A stretch of DNA of 20,000 bases from an uncultured virus (IMG/VR IMGVR_UViG_3300031555_001734) (taxonomy: Duplodnaviria; Heunggongvirae; Uroviricota; Caudoviricetes), in the IMG/VR virus record IMGVR_UViG_3300031555_001734. One strand, written 5' to 3'. Each line of letters starts with the position of its first letter. Position 1 is the first letter of the stretch. This document shows positions 8,601 through 15,547 of this stretch, piece by piece. A program made the translations under genes and the position numbers. The notes under the pieces are model-generated. The model was not told where the DNA came from and ran no database searches. It saw nothing but the letters and a program-made list of their open reading frames with translations.

Positions 8601-9996
8601 CTTCCTGGAAGACATTGACTACACCGAAAGCGGAGACCCCGTGTACAACGGTCAGAACTCCGTCCTGTGGGTCAACCTGAGAAAGTGCTTCTATGCGAAA
8701 ATTACCGCAGAATACCAGCGCCTCCGTACTACCATCCGCGGAGATGGCAGTGGCCTGCCGTTGATCAGCTATGAGGTTGTCGATGCGTTGTTCGAGGCAC
8801 ATCAGGGTAAGTGGTGTGAAGCTATCTACAACGAGGACATGGAACGAAAGTGTCTGGACGCTCTGGCCGACGGCGATACCTCCTATCTATCCATGCTTCT
8901 CGGAAAGAAGGAGCAGCAGAGAAAGTGGTGGACATACAATAGATTCCGCTATCTGGATTCCAAGTATGTTACCGGCTCCTCTATGGAGAACCGTATCATT
9001 ATCCGTGCCAAGTCCAAAGCGAATGTCTCCCTGATCGCCTACGTTAATATGTACGGCCACGTCTACTACAACGACGAAATGGCTGAGCATCGCATGGAGC
9101 GTGGCAAGGAGTACGAATTTGTCTGGGCTGCTTCCGGAGCAGAGGACGCAGTTATCGGTATCAACGACGCTGATATGCTGACCAGTCTCGGCGATCTGGC
9201 ACCGCTTCAGGTTGAAACCATAGACCTGTCGCCGGCGATTCATGTCACATACATCAAAATTGGCGATGCCGCCGACGACTATGAGAACGCCAGCCTGACT
9301 TCTGTTACCTTTGGTAATAACTATTTGGCCAAGTATATCGATCTTCGTAAGTGCTCGAAGCTGACACAGAGCATCGACATTTCCGGTTGTACCGGAGTAG
9401 AGGAGGTTTACCTCGACGGCACCTCTGTTACAGGTATCATTCTTCCTGACGGCGGCATGGTTCGGGTTCTGCATATCCCGTCCACAATTGCAAGCATCAA
9501 GATTCTGAATCAGACCAAACTGGAAGAGTTTGCGTGCCCTGACTTCTCGCAGGTATCTTCTCTGCGTATAGAGAATTGCGGTACTCTCGTCGATACCGCT
9601 TCCATCGTTGCTGGCATGCAGAGTACCGGTCGTGTCCGCTTGATCGGAATGGACTGGACTTTGGATAGCACAGATATCATGGACAAGCTGATCGGCATGA
9701 AGGGTCTGACAGAAACGGATATCAACACTGACAAACCCGTTCTGTCAGGCAAAGTTCACTTCTCTATGGCACTTCCAATCAGCAAACTGCTGGAATATGA
9801 AGAATCGTTCCCGTTCCTGACTATCACAGCAGATTCTATTGCAGCTGATGTGCTGATGGTACCCGGCGCTGTTCTGAAGGACAGCGAGGGAGACATTCTG
9901 AAGATGTCCGACGGCGGCTATGAAACTGAGTTTACCGCAGATCAGATCGATGCATTTACGAGCGCTGTCCTGGAAGCACTTGCTTCGCTTGAATAA
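5686..9996 (+). CDS. Large multidomain phage protein: Ig-like region, LamG/concanavalin-like domain, CotH-kinase-like domain, leucine-rich repeats
   Basis: 1436-aa ORF. LamG-like HVRLAFVV...LMYING...IGS...DIYCIRVYDNDLT; CotH-like VQGTSS...KNYKIKF, FVGKYNF, DQREKN, YDADSSLG; LRR-like YIDLRKCSKLTQSIDISGCTGVEEVYLDGTSVTGIILP. Confidence 0.65.
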   Translation: MSDISKIVLNGVEYDLKDSTARTDLATALARLSALLTELQANPDYAPTAEVVDIRTAYDGTVYEFAGDAVRALGQQLSEFKEKFGDNLYFGWKYENSVLELTLNGNVCSDPVTIVSGGSGGSANNATMSLKNTGGWVYKTIATGKECSVQATWSSLEDGISTGTGTLKVTVNGSVQINRSIEQGDFSIPLESYLVDGPNTVRINVTDVYENSKTLTFTINVVALYLNSTFDATAQYTGAITYYYTPTGAAEKTMHFILDGEEIATEIVSVTGQQQEFSIPAQTHGSHTFETYFTAVVGSDTVQSNSLYYDLMCIEDGNTTPIIASTFRPVATEQFVTFTIPHIVYDPANLQTTVEYRASGELVSSLTVDRTEQKWSLQGADVGDLELTITCGDTVKSFTVPIIESSMDVSAVTNSLTLHLTAYGRSNNEANPEVWEFGDCAASLSGFNFKSDGWQLDEDGNSVLRVAGDARVYIPLQIFAEDFRSTGKTIELEFATRDVLNYDAILFSCMSGGRGLEVGAQKATLTSEQSQIGTQYKEEEHVRLAFVVEKRANRRLLLMYINGIMSGAVQYPDNDDFSQTEPVGLSIGSSDCTTDIYCIRVYDNDLTRYQVLNNWIADTQVGTLKKERYERNNIYDDYGRITIGTLNKNLPYLVIECPVLPQFKGDKKTCSGYYVDPVHPERCFYFENAQIDVQGTSSQYYKVKNYKIKFKGGFILTDGTTVEVYAMNDNAVPVDTFTYKADVASSEGANNVVLAQLYNELCPTKTPPQEEDPRVRQTIDGHPIVIFWDSGSGPVFVGKYNFNNDKGTEDVFGFKTGDESWEIKQNGTDRVGFHSADFSEGSGWENDFEARYPEDNTNTSNLERFSAWLVTTDLTQVTGADLDAAVTINGVEYTQDTEEYRLAKFTAELPDWMDVSAAVFYYVFTEIFLCIDQREKNAFPTLYALLLLWIILFYDADSSLGINNKGALAFEYFLEDIDYTESGDPVYNGQNSVLWVNLRKCFYAKITAEYQRLRTTIRGDGSGLPLISYEVVDALFEAHQGKWCEAIYNEDMERKCLDALADGDTSYLSMLLGKKEQQRKWWTYNRFRYLDSKYVTGSSMENRIIIRAKSKANVSLIAYVNMYGHVYYNDEMAEHRMERGKEYEFVWAASGAEDAVIGINDADMLTSLGDLAPLQVETIDLSPAIHVTYIKIGDAADDYENASLTSVTFGNNYLAKYIDLRKCSKLTQSIDISGCTGVEEVYLDGTSVTGIILPDGGMVRVLHIPSTIASIKILNQTKLEEFACPDFSQVSSLRIENCGTLVDTASIVAGMQSTGRVRLIGMDWTLDSTDIMDKLIGMKGLTETDINTDKPVLSGKVHFSMALPISKLLEYEESFPFLTITADSIAADVLMVPGAVLKDSEGDILKMSDGGYETEFTADQIDAFTSAVLEALASLE

Positions 9997-10008
9997 GGAG
10001 GTAGCACA

Positions 10009-11202
10009 ATGGCTCAAAATATTGAACAGTTAAGTCATACCGGTCAGGAACTGGACAAGGCTATTGCTGGTTGGCTTAACACCCTCATTCCTGCGTATAC
10101 CCTCCCTGAACAGGTAACCTTCAGAGCGGCACTGGATCCCACGGTGCCGCAGGTTCACCTGTACTGGGCGTGGGAAAGTACGGATTATGCCAGCGGTATT
10201 ATGATCCGCAGAAAGGTTGGATCCTTGCCGGAACACTCCGAAGACGGCGAGCTGGTGTGTAACATCACCGGCACGGAAACAACCACCTATGACGATGCGG
10301 GATTCGATATGGAGGATCCTGAACAGGTCGGAACGATGGCAGCTCCTGTAACCTGGTATTACAGAGCGTTCCCGTACAACACCAATCTGCAGAACCAGAC
10401 CCACTATCAGACCACGGTGAATCTGGGTGTCATCTCTGTCAATGTCTATTATCTGGCTGAGTCTACTACGTTGACATCCATCGCCCTGGGCGGAGATTTC
10501 GTCTTCGGAAGATGGAACTCCACGCCGTTGATTTGGAGAGTAGCAAATATCCAGGAAGATCGTGCGCAAGTCATTCTTGCAACAAACTTCCTGAAGATAA
10601 CTGCACAGTACGACGAAAGAGAACCTAACAACCCGATTACAGACCGTAACAACGGTAATAACCGATGGTCGTTGTCCAATATCCGTCAGTGGCTCAATTC
10701 TGATGGTGCTGCCGGAGAGTGGTATGTGGAATCCCACGATTATGATGCAGCCAGTAACACCACCAAGAACCGCTCTGGCTTTCTGTATGAGTTCACAGAG
10801 GCGGAGAAAGGTATCATTATCCCGGAGGAGCATACGATGCTGCTGCCTAGCATTGATGGCGGCGGTACCGAAACTGTGGTTGATACAGTATGGCTCCCGA
10901 GCCGTGATGAAATGGGTCTTGGATCTGAGAACAATAGTTACCCCGAAGGATCTGTGTTCCAGCTTTTTGATGGAGACCTTAATACCAATGCCAACCGAGC
11001 TGACGGATGGAATGTTATCTACTGGCTCAGAACGGCCTATGCCTCCATCGCGATCAACGCGCGTTACGTCGCTGCGGCGGGCTCGCTCGGCAGCCACATC
11101 GCCTACAACTCTTTTGCTGTCCGGGCGGGCTTGACTATTCCTCTTTCTACTGTCCTTTCTTACAATGAGGAAACAGGTTACCATGAGGCGGTAGTCGTCT
11201 AA
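10009..11202 (+). CDS. DGR target protein: N-terminal FN3/Ig-like domain plus C-terminal DUF6273/C-type-lectin-like variable domain; putative receptor-binding protein
   Basis: SD AAGGAGG. Motifs NNRWSLSNIRQWLN, DTVWLPSRDEM, YWLRT...AVRAG typical of Bacillota DGR targets. Contains the VR matching the downstream TR. Confidence 0.88.
   Translation: MAQNIEQLSHTGQELDKAIAGWLNTLIPAYTLPEQVTFRAALDPTVPQVHLYWAWESTDYASGIMIRRKVGSLPEHSEDGELVCNITGTETTTYDDAGFDMEDPEQVGTMAAPVTWYYRAFPYNTNLQNQTHYQTTVNLGVISVNVYYLAESTTLTSIALGGDFVFGRWNSTPLIWRVANIQEDRAQVILATNFLKITAQYDEREPNNPITDRNNGNNRWSLSNIRQWLNSDGAAGEWYVESHDYDAASNTTKNRSGFLYEFTEAEKGIIIPEEHTMLLPSIDGGGTETVVDTVWLPSRDEMGLGSENNSYPEGSVFQLFDGDLNTNANRADGWNVIYWLRTAYASIAINARYVAAAGSLGSHIAYNSFAVRAGLTIPLSTVLSYNEETGYHEAVVV
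11033..11131 (+). repeat. DGR variable repeat (VR)
   Basis: 99-bp ungapped match to 11787-11885 with 12 mismatches, all opposite TR adenines. Confidence 0.95.
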
Positions 11203-11216
11203 TTTACTCCCATAAT

Positions 11217-11231
11217 GCCGCCGAAGGCGGC
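11217..11231 (+). promoter_or_regulatory. GC-rich hairpin with GAA loop downstream of the target gene (candidate DGR homing hairpin and/or terminator)
   Basis: GCCGCC-GAA-GGCGGC perfect stem; a T run follows at 11240-11245. Confidence 0.6.
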
Positions 11232-11329
11232 CCGGCCGATTTTTTAGGGAATAACGAAATACGTTATAATATAACAAAATCCGGAAGGTTCGCCAAACTC
11301 CGCTATAATACATCCGAGGATGTGATATT

Positions 11330-11734
11330 GTGGCTGAGCAAAAATCTGAAATTCGAGATCTTGAGATTATCATCCGGGCCAGAGATCTTCAGGACTGGGT
11401 GTTTCGTATAACATCGAAAAAGCCGAAGAAGCCCGTGAATGAGTTTGAGGATAACGAGAATAACGGTCTTCCTGCAAAGTATCAGCATAGCATCGGAACC
11501 AGGATGCAGAACTACACGCTGGATATATTGGAGTATTTGCAGAATGCTCGCTTCGATAAAAAAGAGCGTGTCGGTCATCTTGATTCTGTGATTAGTGCGA
11601 TCGTCAGGCTGAACGAATGTATTTGGCTCTGTTTCAGATTAAAAATTATCCGCAAAGCCTCTGCAGAAGAAGGCGAGAGGATCCTCCTTGAAGTAAAGCG
11701 TATGGCCATTGCGTGGCGAACGAAATCGGCGTAA
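11330..11734 (+). CDS. avd: DGR accessory variability determinant (Avd-like four-helix bundle)
   Basis: 134-aa basic, helical protein (LPAKYQHSIGTRMQN...EVKRMAIAWR) with a GTG start, lying between target and TR as in canonical DGRs. Confidence 0.82.
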   Translation: MAEQKSEIRDLEIIIRARDLQDWVFRITSKKPKKPVNEFEDNENNGLPAKYQHSIGTRMQNYTLDILEYLQNARFDKKERVGHLDSVISAIVRLNECIWLCFRLKIIRKASAEEGERILLEVKRMAIAWRTKSA

Positions 11735-11786
11735 TGGTGATACTGGTGCAGCTAGATCGCTCTGATTCTTTGTTTTTCCCGGGCGC

Positions 11787-11885
11787 CGGCCAATGCCTCC
11801 AACGCGAACAACGCGCGTAACGTCGCTGCGGCGGGCTCGCTCAACAACAACAACGCCAACAACTCTTATGCTGTCCGGGCGGACT
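11787..11885 (+). repeat. DGR template repeat (TR)
   Basis: Non-coding AAC-rich copy of VR (11 AAY triplets in the VR frame, 24 adenines) between avd and RT. Confidence 0.95.
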
Positions 11886-12083
11886 GGTGGTATAGCGAGG
11901 TGAGTAAGCGAAAGCTGAAAAGAGTGCACCATCATCAAGCGAGCTGTTCCATCCCGAAAGGGTAAACAAGGGGTTAAAATCCCATGGCTGATGTCTATTG
12001 CGTGGCAACAGGTATTAGGCTATTACAGTCAAAAGTTATCGCCCCGGATCTCCGGGGCGATAATGGTTTTAGGAGTGTGCGGT

Positions 12084-13256
12084 ATGGGAGAAATGGAAAA
12101 AGCTACAGATCTGGCCTCTCTTCACAGGGCATATTACAAGGTGAAGAAAGGAAAGCGTGGAAAGCCTGCGGCAATTAAATTCGGTCTGAATGCCATGGAA
12201 GGTCTATGCCGACTGAAATGGAGCATGGAAAACCGGAGTTATCATCTTAGCAACTATACAACATTCAATGTCACAAGGCCTGTCTTTCGTGAGGTGAAGA
12301 CGTGCTCGTTTCAAGACAAAATCGTACTCAGTTCGGTGTGCAAAAACGTCCTTTGGGATAGGATAGAACCACACCTGATAGACACGAACTATGCGAGCCG
12401 AAAAGGCTTTGGCCAGCACATGGCCCTGGATATCCTCGAAAAGCATTTGAGATCCTTTTACATCAATCATGGTTGCAACGGTTACGTATTGCGGATCGAT
12501 GTGAGAAAGTATTTCTATAACCTATCCCACGATGCCATTGCTCTGGATATGCGGCGATTCGGTTTTGATGATTGGACAATCTGGATTGTATGCCAGATCC
12601 TGGTGAGTTCTCATCACTCAAAGAAAAGCGGATATTACACTACAGATGCTAAAGGCCGCTGCAGCGTAATATTCTGCGATCAGCAAGGCTTTCCGGAGCT
12701 TGAGGTAGGATCCCCGATCGGCAACGAGTCGAGCCAGGTTTTTGCGGTGCAGTATGCAAATGACATTGACCACGCTATCAAAGATCAGTGGGGCGTTAAG
12801 TACTACGGTCGTTATATGGACGATAGTTATATCATTCACCATGACAGACAGTATCTGGAAGAGCGCCTCGCCGATCTGCGGGAGCTGTATCGAAAAAGAG
12901 GCCTTGAATTGAATAATAAAACACAGATCTCGCCGTTGAAAAACGGAGTGAGTTTTCTGGGTATGCACTTCATCCTGACCGATACCGGAAAGGTAATACG
13001 CAGGCTGAGACCGAAGAATGTTCGGTACCAGCGTGTCCACATTCGGGAAAATGCGGAAGCAGTTGCCCGAGGGAAAATGACAGTCGAAAGTTACTGGAAA
13101 CGATTCGAGGCGATGGATGCACACAATGCCCATGCGGACGCAAAGTCGCTTCGGAAAAAGCTACGGCGATATGCCGAGGAGGCGTTGCAAAATGCTTATC
13201 ATCGAGAACAACGGAAACTGGGAGAAGTCCAAGAGGACATCAAAGAATCTCCCTGA
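12084..13256 (+). CDS. DGR reverse transcriptase
   Basis: ORF 11991-13256; likely start ATG 12084 (AGGAG upstream) or 12093. RT motifs YASRKGFG, LRIDVRKYF, DGR-type PIGNESSQ (IGxxxSQ) and catalytic YMDD at 12813-12824, then FLG. Confidence 0.93.
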   Translation: MGEMEKATDLASLHRAYYKVKKGKRGKPAAIKFGLNAMEGLCRLKWSMENRSYHLSNYTTFNVTRPVFREVKTCSFQDKIVLSSVCKNVLWDRIEPHLIDTNYASRKGFGQHMALDILEKHLRSFYINHGCNGYVLRIDVRKYFYNLSHDAIALDMRRFGFDDWTIWIVCQILVSSHHSKKSGYYTTDAKGRCSVIFCDQQGFPELEVGSPIGNESSQVFAVQYANDIDHAIKDQWGVKYYGRYMDDSYIIHHDRQYLEERLADLRELYRKRGLELNNKTQISPLKNGVSFLGMHFILTDTGKVIRRLRPKNVRYQRVHIRENAEAVARGKMTVESYWKRFEAMDAHNAHADAKSLRKKLRRYAEEALQNAYHREQRKLGEVQEDIKESP

Positions 13257-13491
13257 AGCACATATTGATGGAGGAACGATGTTTCTTCCTATCAATATCG
13301 AGGAAACTACGATCCTTGAACCCGTCTTTGACGAGGAAGGGAACGAGATTTCCACCACTGAACACACGGGCTATTCCTTCGATGAATACCGTATCAATAA
13401 GGCCATAAACCTCCCGGAGGAGGCATCGGCCGCACTCGCTGGCGCTTTCCAGCTCAGCGTACAAGCACTTAAGATCCTGGGGGTGATGTAA
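13192..13491 (+). CDS. Hypothetical phage protein (possible tail-fibre assembly factor)
   Basis: ATG 13192 with strong SD GAGGAGG inside the RT 3' end; 99 aa, acidic; abuts the next ATG. Confidence 0.55.
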   Translation: MLIIENNGNWEKSKRTSKNLPEAHIDGGTMFLPINIEETTILEPVFDEEGNEISTTEHTGYSFDEYRINKAINLPEEASAALAGAFQLSVQALKILGVM

Positions 13492-13932
13492 ATGGCAACA
13501 CTCATTGAAAGGGCCAAAGAGGTAAGATCCTACACCGAGACGGCCGCACAGTTGCTGCCTGACGACATTGCTTTGAAAGCCAAGGCACTGTACCCCCGAT
13601 GGGAAGACCTTGTGGAAGAAGGAAAGAAAGTGAAAGCGGGCTTCCGATTCATGTACGGAAACAACCTCATGGAGACCGTTCAGCCGGAGCACACCTTCAC
13701 CAACGAGCACACCCCCGGAGCAACCGGAACAGAGAGCCTGTTCAAGAATCGGAATGAATCGAATGCCGGATCCCGGGAGGATCCGATCCCGTACAACGGC
13801 AATATGGATCTTCTGGAAGGCAAGTATTACAGCCAGGACGGCGTTGTGTACCTGTGTACCAGAGATACCGGCATTGCTGTCTACCACGCTCTTGCTGATC
13901 TGGTCGGCATCTATGTTGAGCCCGCCGAATAA
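13492..13932 (+). CDS. Phage protein with putative CBM5/12-like carbohydrate-binding modules
   Basis: 146 aa. YPRW...VKAGFRFMYGNNL...HTPG...SLF and DPIPY...GKYYSQDGVVYLC resemble small chitin-binding-type modules common before phage lysis genes. Confidence 0.5.
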   Translation: MATLIERAKEVRSYTETAAQLLPDDIALKAKALYPRWEDLVEEGKKVKAGFRFMYGNNLMETVQPEHTFTNEHTPGATGTESLFKNRNESNAGSREDPIPYNGNMDLLEGKYYSQDGVVYLCTRDTGIAVYHALADLVGIYVEPAE

Positions 13933-14018
13933 CGCATTTCGTGATTTTCTAACTTCATGGAGAATGAATAAAGAAATGATGCTATAAATGAGGATATAAC
14001 CTTTTAGGAGGGATCCTC

Positions 14019-14228
14019 GTGTCAAATCTGGAAATGATCGAAACGCTATGCAAGTTGGTAGAAGAACAGTCGAAGGTCATTCGACATCTTGCAACAGAAC
14101 TCGCTCATACAAGGAACCTCTCTGATGCTGAAGCCCGGATGGTAACAGCTGTTCGGGATCAGTACGCATACCTCCTTGGAGCGGATGAAATACCCGATGA
14201 ACTGTATATGGATGAAACCCACGGCTAA
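14019..14228 (+). CDS. Hypothetical small coiled-coil protein
   Basis: GTG start with SD AGGAGG; 69 aa; stop lies in the loop of a terminator hairpin. Confidence 0.55.
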   Translation: MSNLEMIETLCKLVEEQSKVIRHLATELAHTRNLSDAEARMVTAVRDQYAYLLGADEIPDELYMDETHG

Positions 14229-14243
14229 GGCCGTGGGTTTTTT
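14215..14243 (+). terminator. Rho-independent terminator immediately upstream of the endolysin
   Basis: AAACCCACGGC-taag-GCCGTGGGTTT followed by TTT. Confidence 0.75.
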
Positions 14244-14258
14244 GTTGGAGGATCCGCT

Positions 14259-15062
14259 ATGCAAAATAAGCAAAAGCAATGGCAACTTTATTATCTGGGA
14301 TTCTACGGAGAGTCGACCTCAGATATTGACGGTATCTGGGGACCGAAGTCCAGAGCTGCGACCGAGCAGCTGCAGAAGGCCGTAGGAATCAAGGATGACG
14401 GTATTTTCGGTACCCACACTCGCAATAAGACAAAGGAAATGATTTCTGCGATTCAGGAAGTCATCAGCGGCAGCGGTGGAAAGAAGCTTACGATCGATGG
14501 CCTTGCTGGGCCTGCTACGATGTCGGCTACGATCTGGTACCAAAAGGAGCACGGCCTGACGCCCAACGGACTTGCGGATGCTGAAACCCGGAAGTACATC
14601 AGTGAAAACTGTGGCCCTCAGGTTGGTGAGGACATAAATGTCCCTGGCAACGAATCTGCGACCGACATTCCTGTCGGTGACAAAAAGGAGACAACTGGCA
14701 CCTTCTGGGACGAAATTCAGTATTTCACTCGGGATGAACTGAAGTGTAAATGTGGTGGGAGGTTTTGCAATGGCTTCCCGGCCGAGCCTCAGGAAATGAC
14801 TGTCCGACTGGCAGATCGTGCCCGGAAACATTTCGGCCGTCCCGCTCATAACGTCAGCTTCCTGCGCTGCCGGCAGCACAATGCCAATTCCGGAGGTGTC
14901 GCCAACTCCCAGCACATGTATGGAGAAGCAATGGACATTTATATTGAGGGCGTTACTGCGAACGAACTCTACAGCTTCATGAAGAAGCAACCGGAGGTCC
15001 GGTACACCTATAAGATCAACAATACAAATGTCCACTTCGATATTCCTAAGGGAGCGAGGTGA
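14259..15062 (+). CDS. Endolysin: two peptidoglycan-binding domains plus Peptidase M15 (Zn) domain
   Basis: PG_binding_1-like motifs DGIWGPKS...LQKAVGIKDDGIFG and DGLAGPAT...YQKEHGLTPNG; M15A motifs SFLRC..HN...SQHMYGEAMDI and VHFD. Confidence 0.85.
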   Translation: MQNKQKQWQLYYLGFYGESTSDIDGIWGPKSRAATEQLQKAVGIKDDGIFGTHTRNKTKEMISAIQEVISGSGGKKLTIDGLAGPATMSATIWYQKEHGLTPNGLADAETRKYISENCGPQVGEDINVPGNESATDIPVGDKKETTGTFWDEIQYFTRDELKCKCGGRFCNGFPAEPQEMTVRLADRARKHFGRPAHNVSFLRCRQHNANSGGVANSQHMYGEAMDIYIEGVTANELYSFMKKQPEVRYTYKINNTNVHFDIPKGAR

Positions 15063-15067
15063 TACCA

Positions 15068-15547
15068 ATGCAGCAAATATACGAAGTGATCGAAATGATC
15101 ACGGGGAAGCCTGCTAAAGAAGTGCTCGGCGTAGGCTTTCTTTTCCTGATGCTGTTATCGATCTTTGTTGAGATAACCCCCATCAAATTCAATCCCATCA
15201 CATTCCTGATCCAATTGCCTGGCAAGATCATGGGGTGGCTCAGTAAGGCCATCAACGCGCCTGTTCTGGCCGAGCTTGCGAAACAGGAGAAAACCATAGG
15301 GGAGATCCGGGATGTAGTTGATGACAACGAAATCGATAGGATCCGGTGGGAAATACTCGACTTCGCAAATTCTTGCAGGCAGCATAAAAAGCACACTCTG
15401 GATGAGTTCGTACATATCATAGAACTTAATGCAAAATACCATTCGATTCTGGAACGCCGAGACCTGAAGAACGGCAGAATCGATCTGGAGTATGCCTACA
15501 TCGAAAAGATCTACCAAGAATGCCTGGAAGAAAACAGCTTTTTGTAA
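15068..15547 (+). CDS. Phage lysis-region membrane protein
   Basis: ORF 15059-15547 (start GTG 15059 or ATG 15068). One N-terminal hydrophobic segment, then EITPIKFNP...IRWEILDFAN; located between endolysin and holin-like gene. Confidence 0.6.
   Translation: MQQIYEVIEMITGKPAKEVLGVGFLFLMLLSIFVEITPIKFNPITFLIQLPGKIMGWLSKAINAPVLAELAKQEKTIGEIRDVVDDNEIDRIRWEILDFANSCRQHKKHTLDEFVHIIELNAKYHSILERRDLKNGRIDLEYAYIEKIYQECLEENSFL

Larger units (their letters stand above)
10009..13256 (+). mobile_element. Complete diversity-generating retroelement (target/VR - hairpin - avd - TR - RT)
   Basis: All canonical components are present in order, with adenine-specific TR-to-VR differences. Confidence 0.95.

Noticed and set aside
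10030..11373. 447-aa minus-strand ORF antisense to the DGR target
   Set aside because: No recognisable motifs, and it fully overlaps a well-supported + strand gene; a shadow ORF arising from codon bias.
11843..11863. (AAC)n run as a microsatellite or phase-variation tract
   Set aside because: Explained as the mutable AAC codons of the DGR TR.
11639..11938. 99-aa minus-strand ORF across the TR (VVGVVVVE...)
   Set aside because: Simply the antisense reading of the AAC-rich TR, not a credible gene.
11991..13256. RT as group II intron maturase, retron or Abi RT
   Set aside because: It has the IGxxxSQ motif, adjacent avd and a TR/VR pair, with no evident maturase/endonuclease extension or intron ends. 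The 11991 start is also doubtful because it runs through the structured spacer.
14319..15068. 249-aa minus-strand ORF and other antisense ORFs over the tail and lysis genes
   Set aside because: They overlap well-supported + strand genes and lack SD sequences or motifs.
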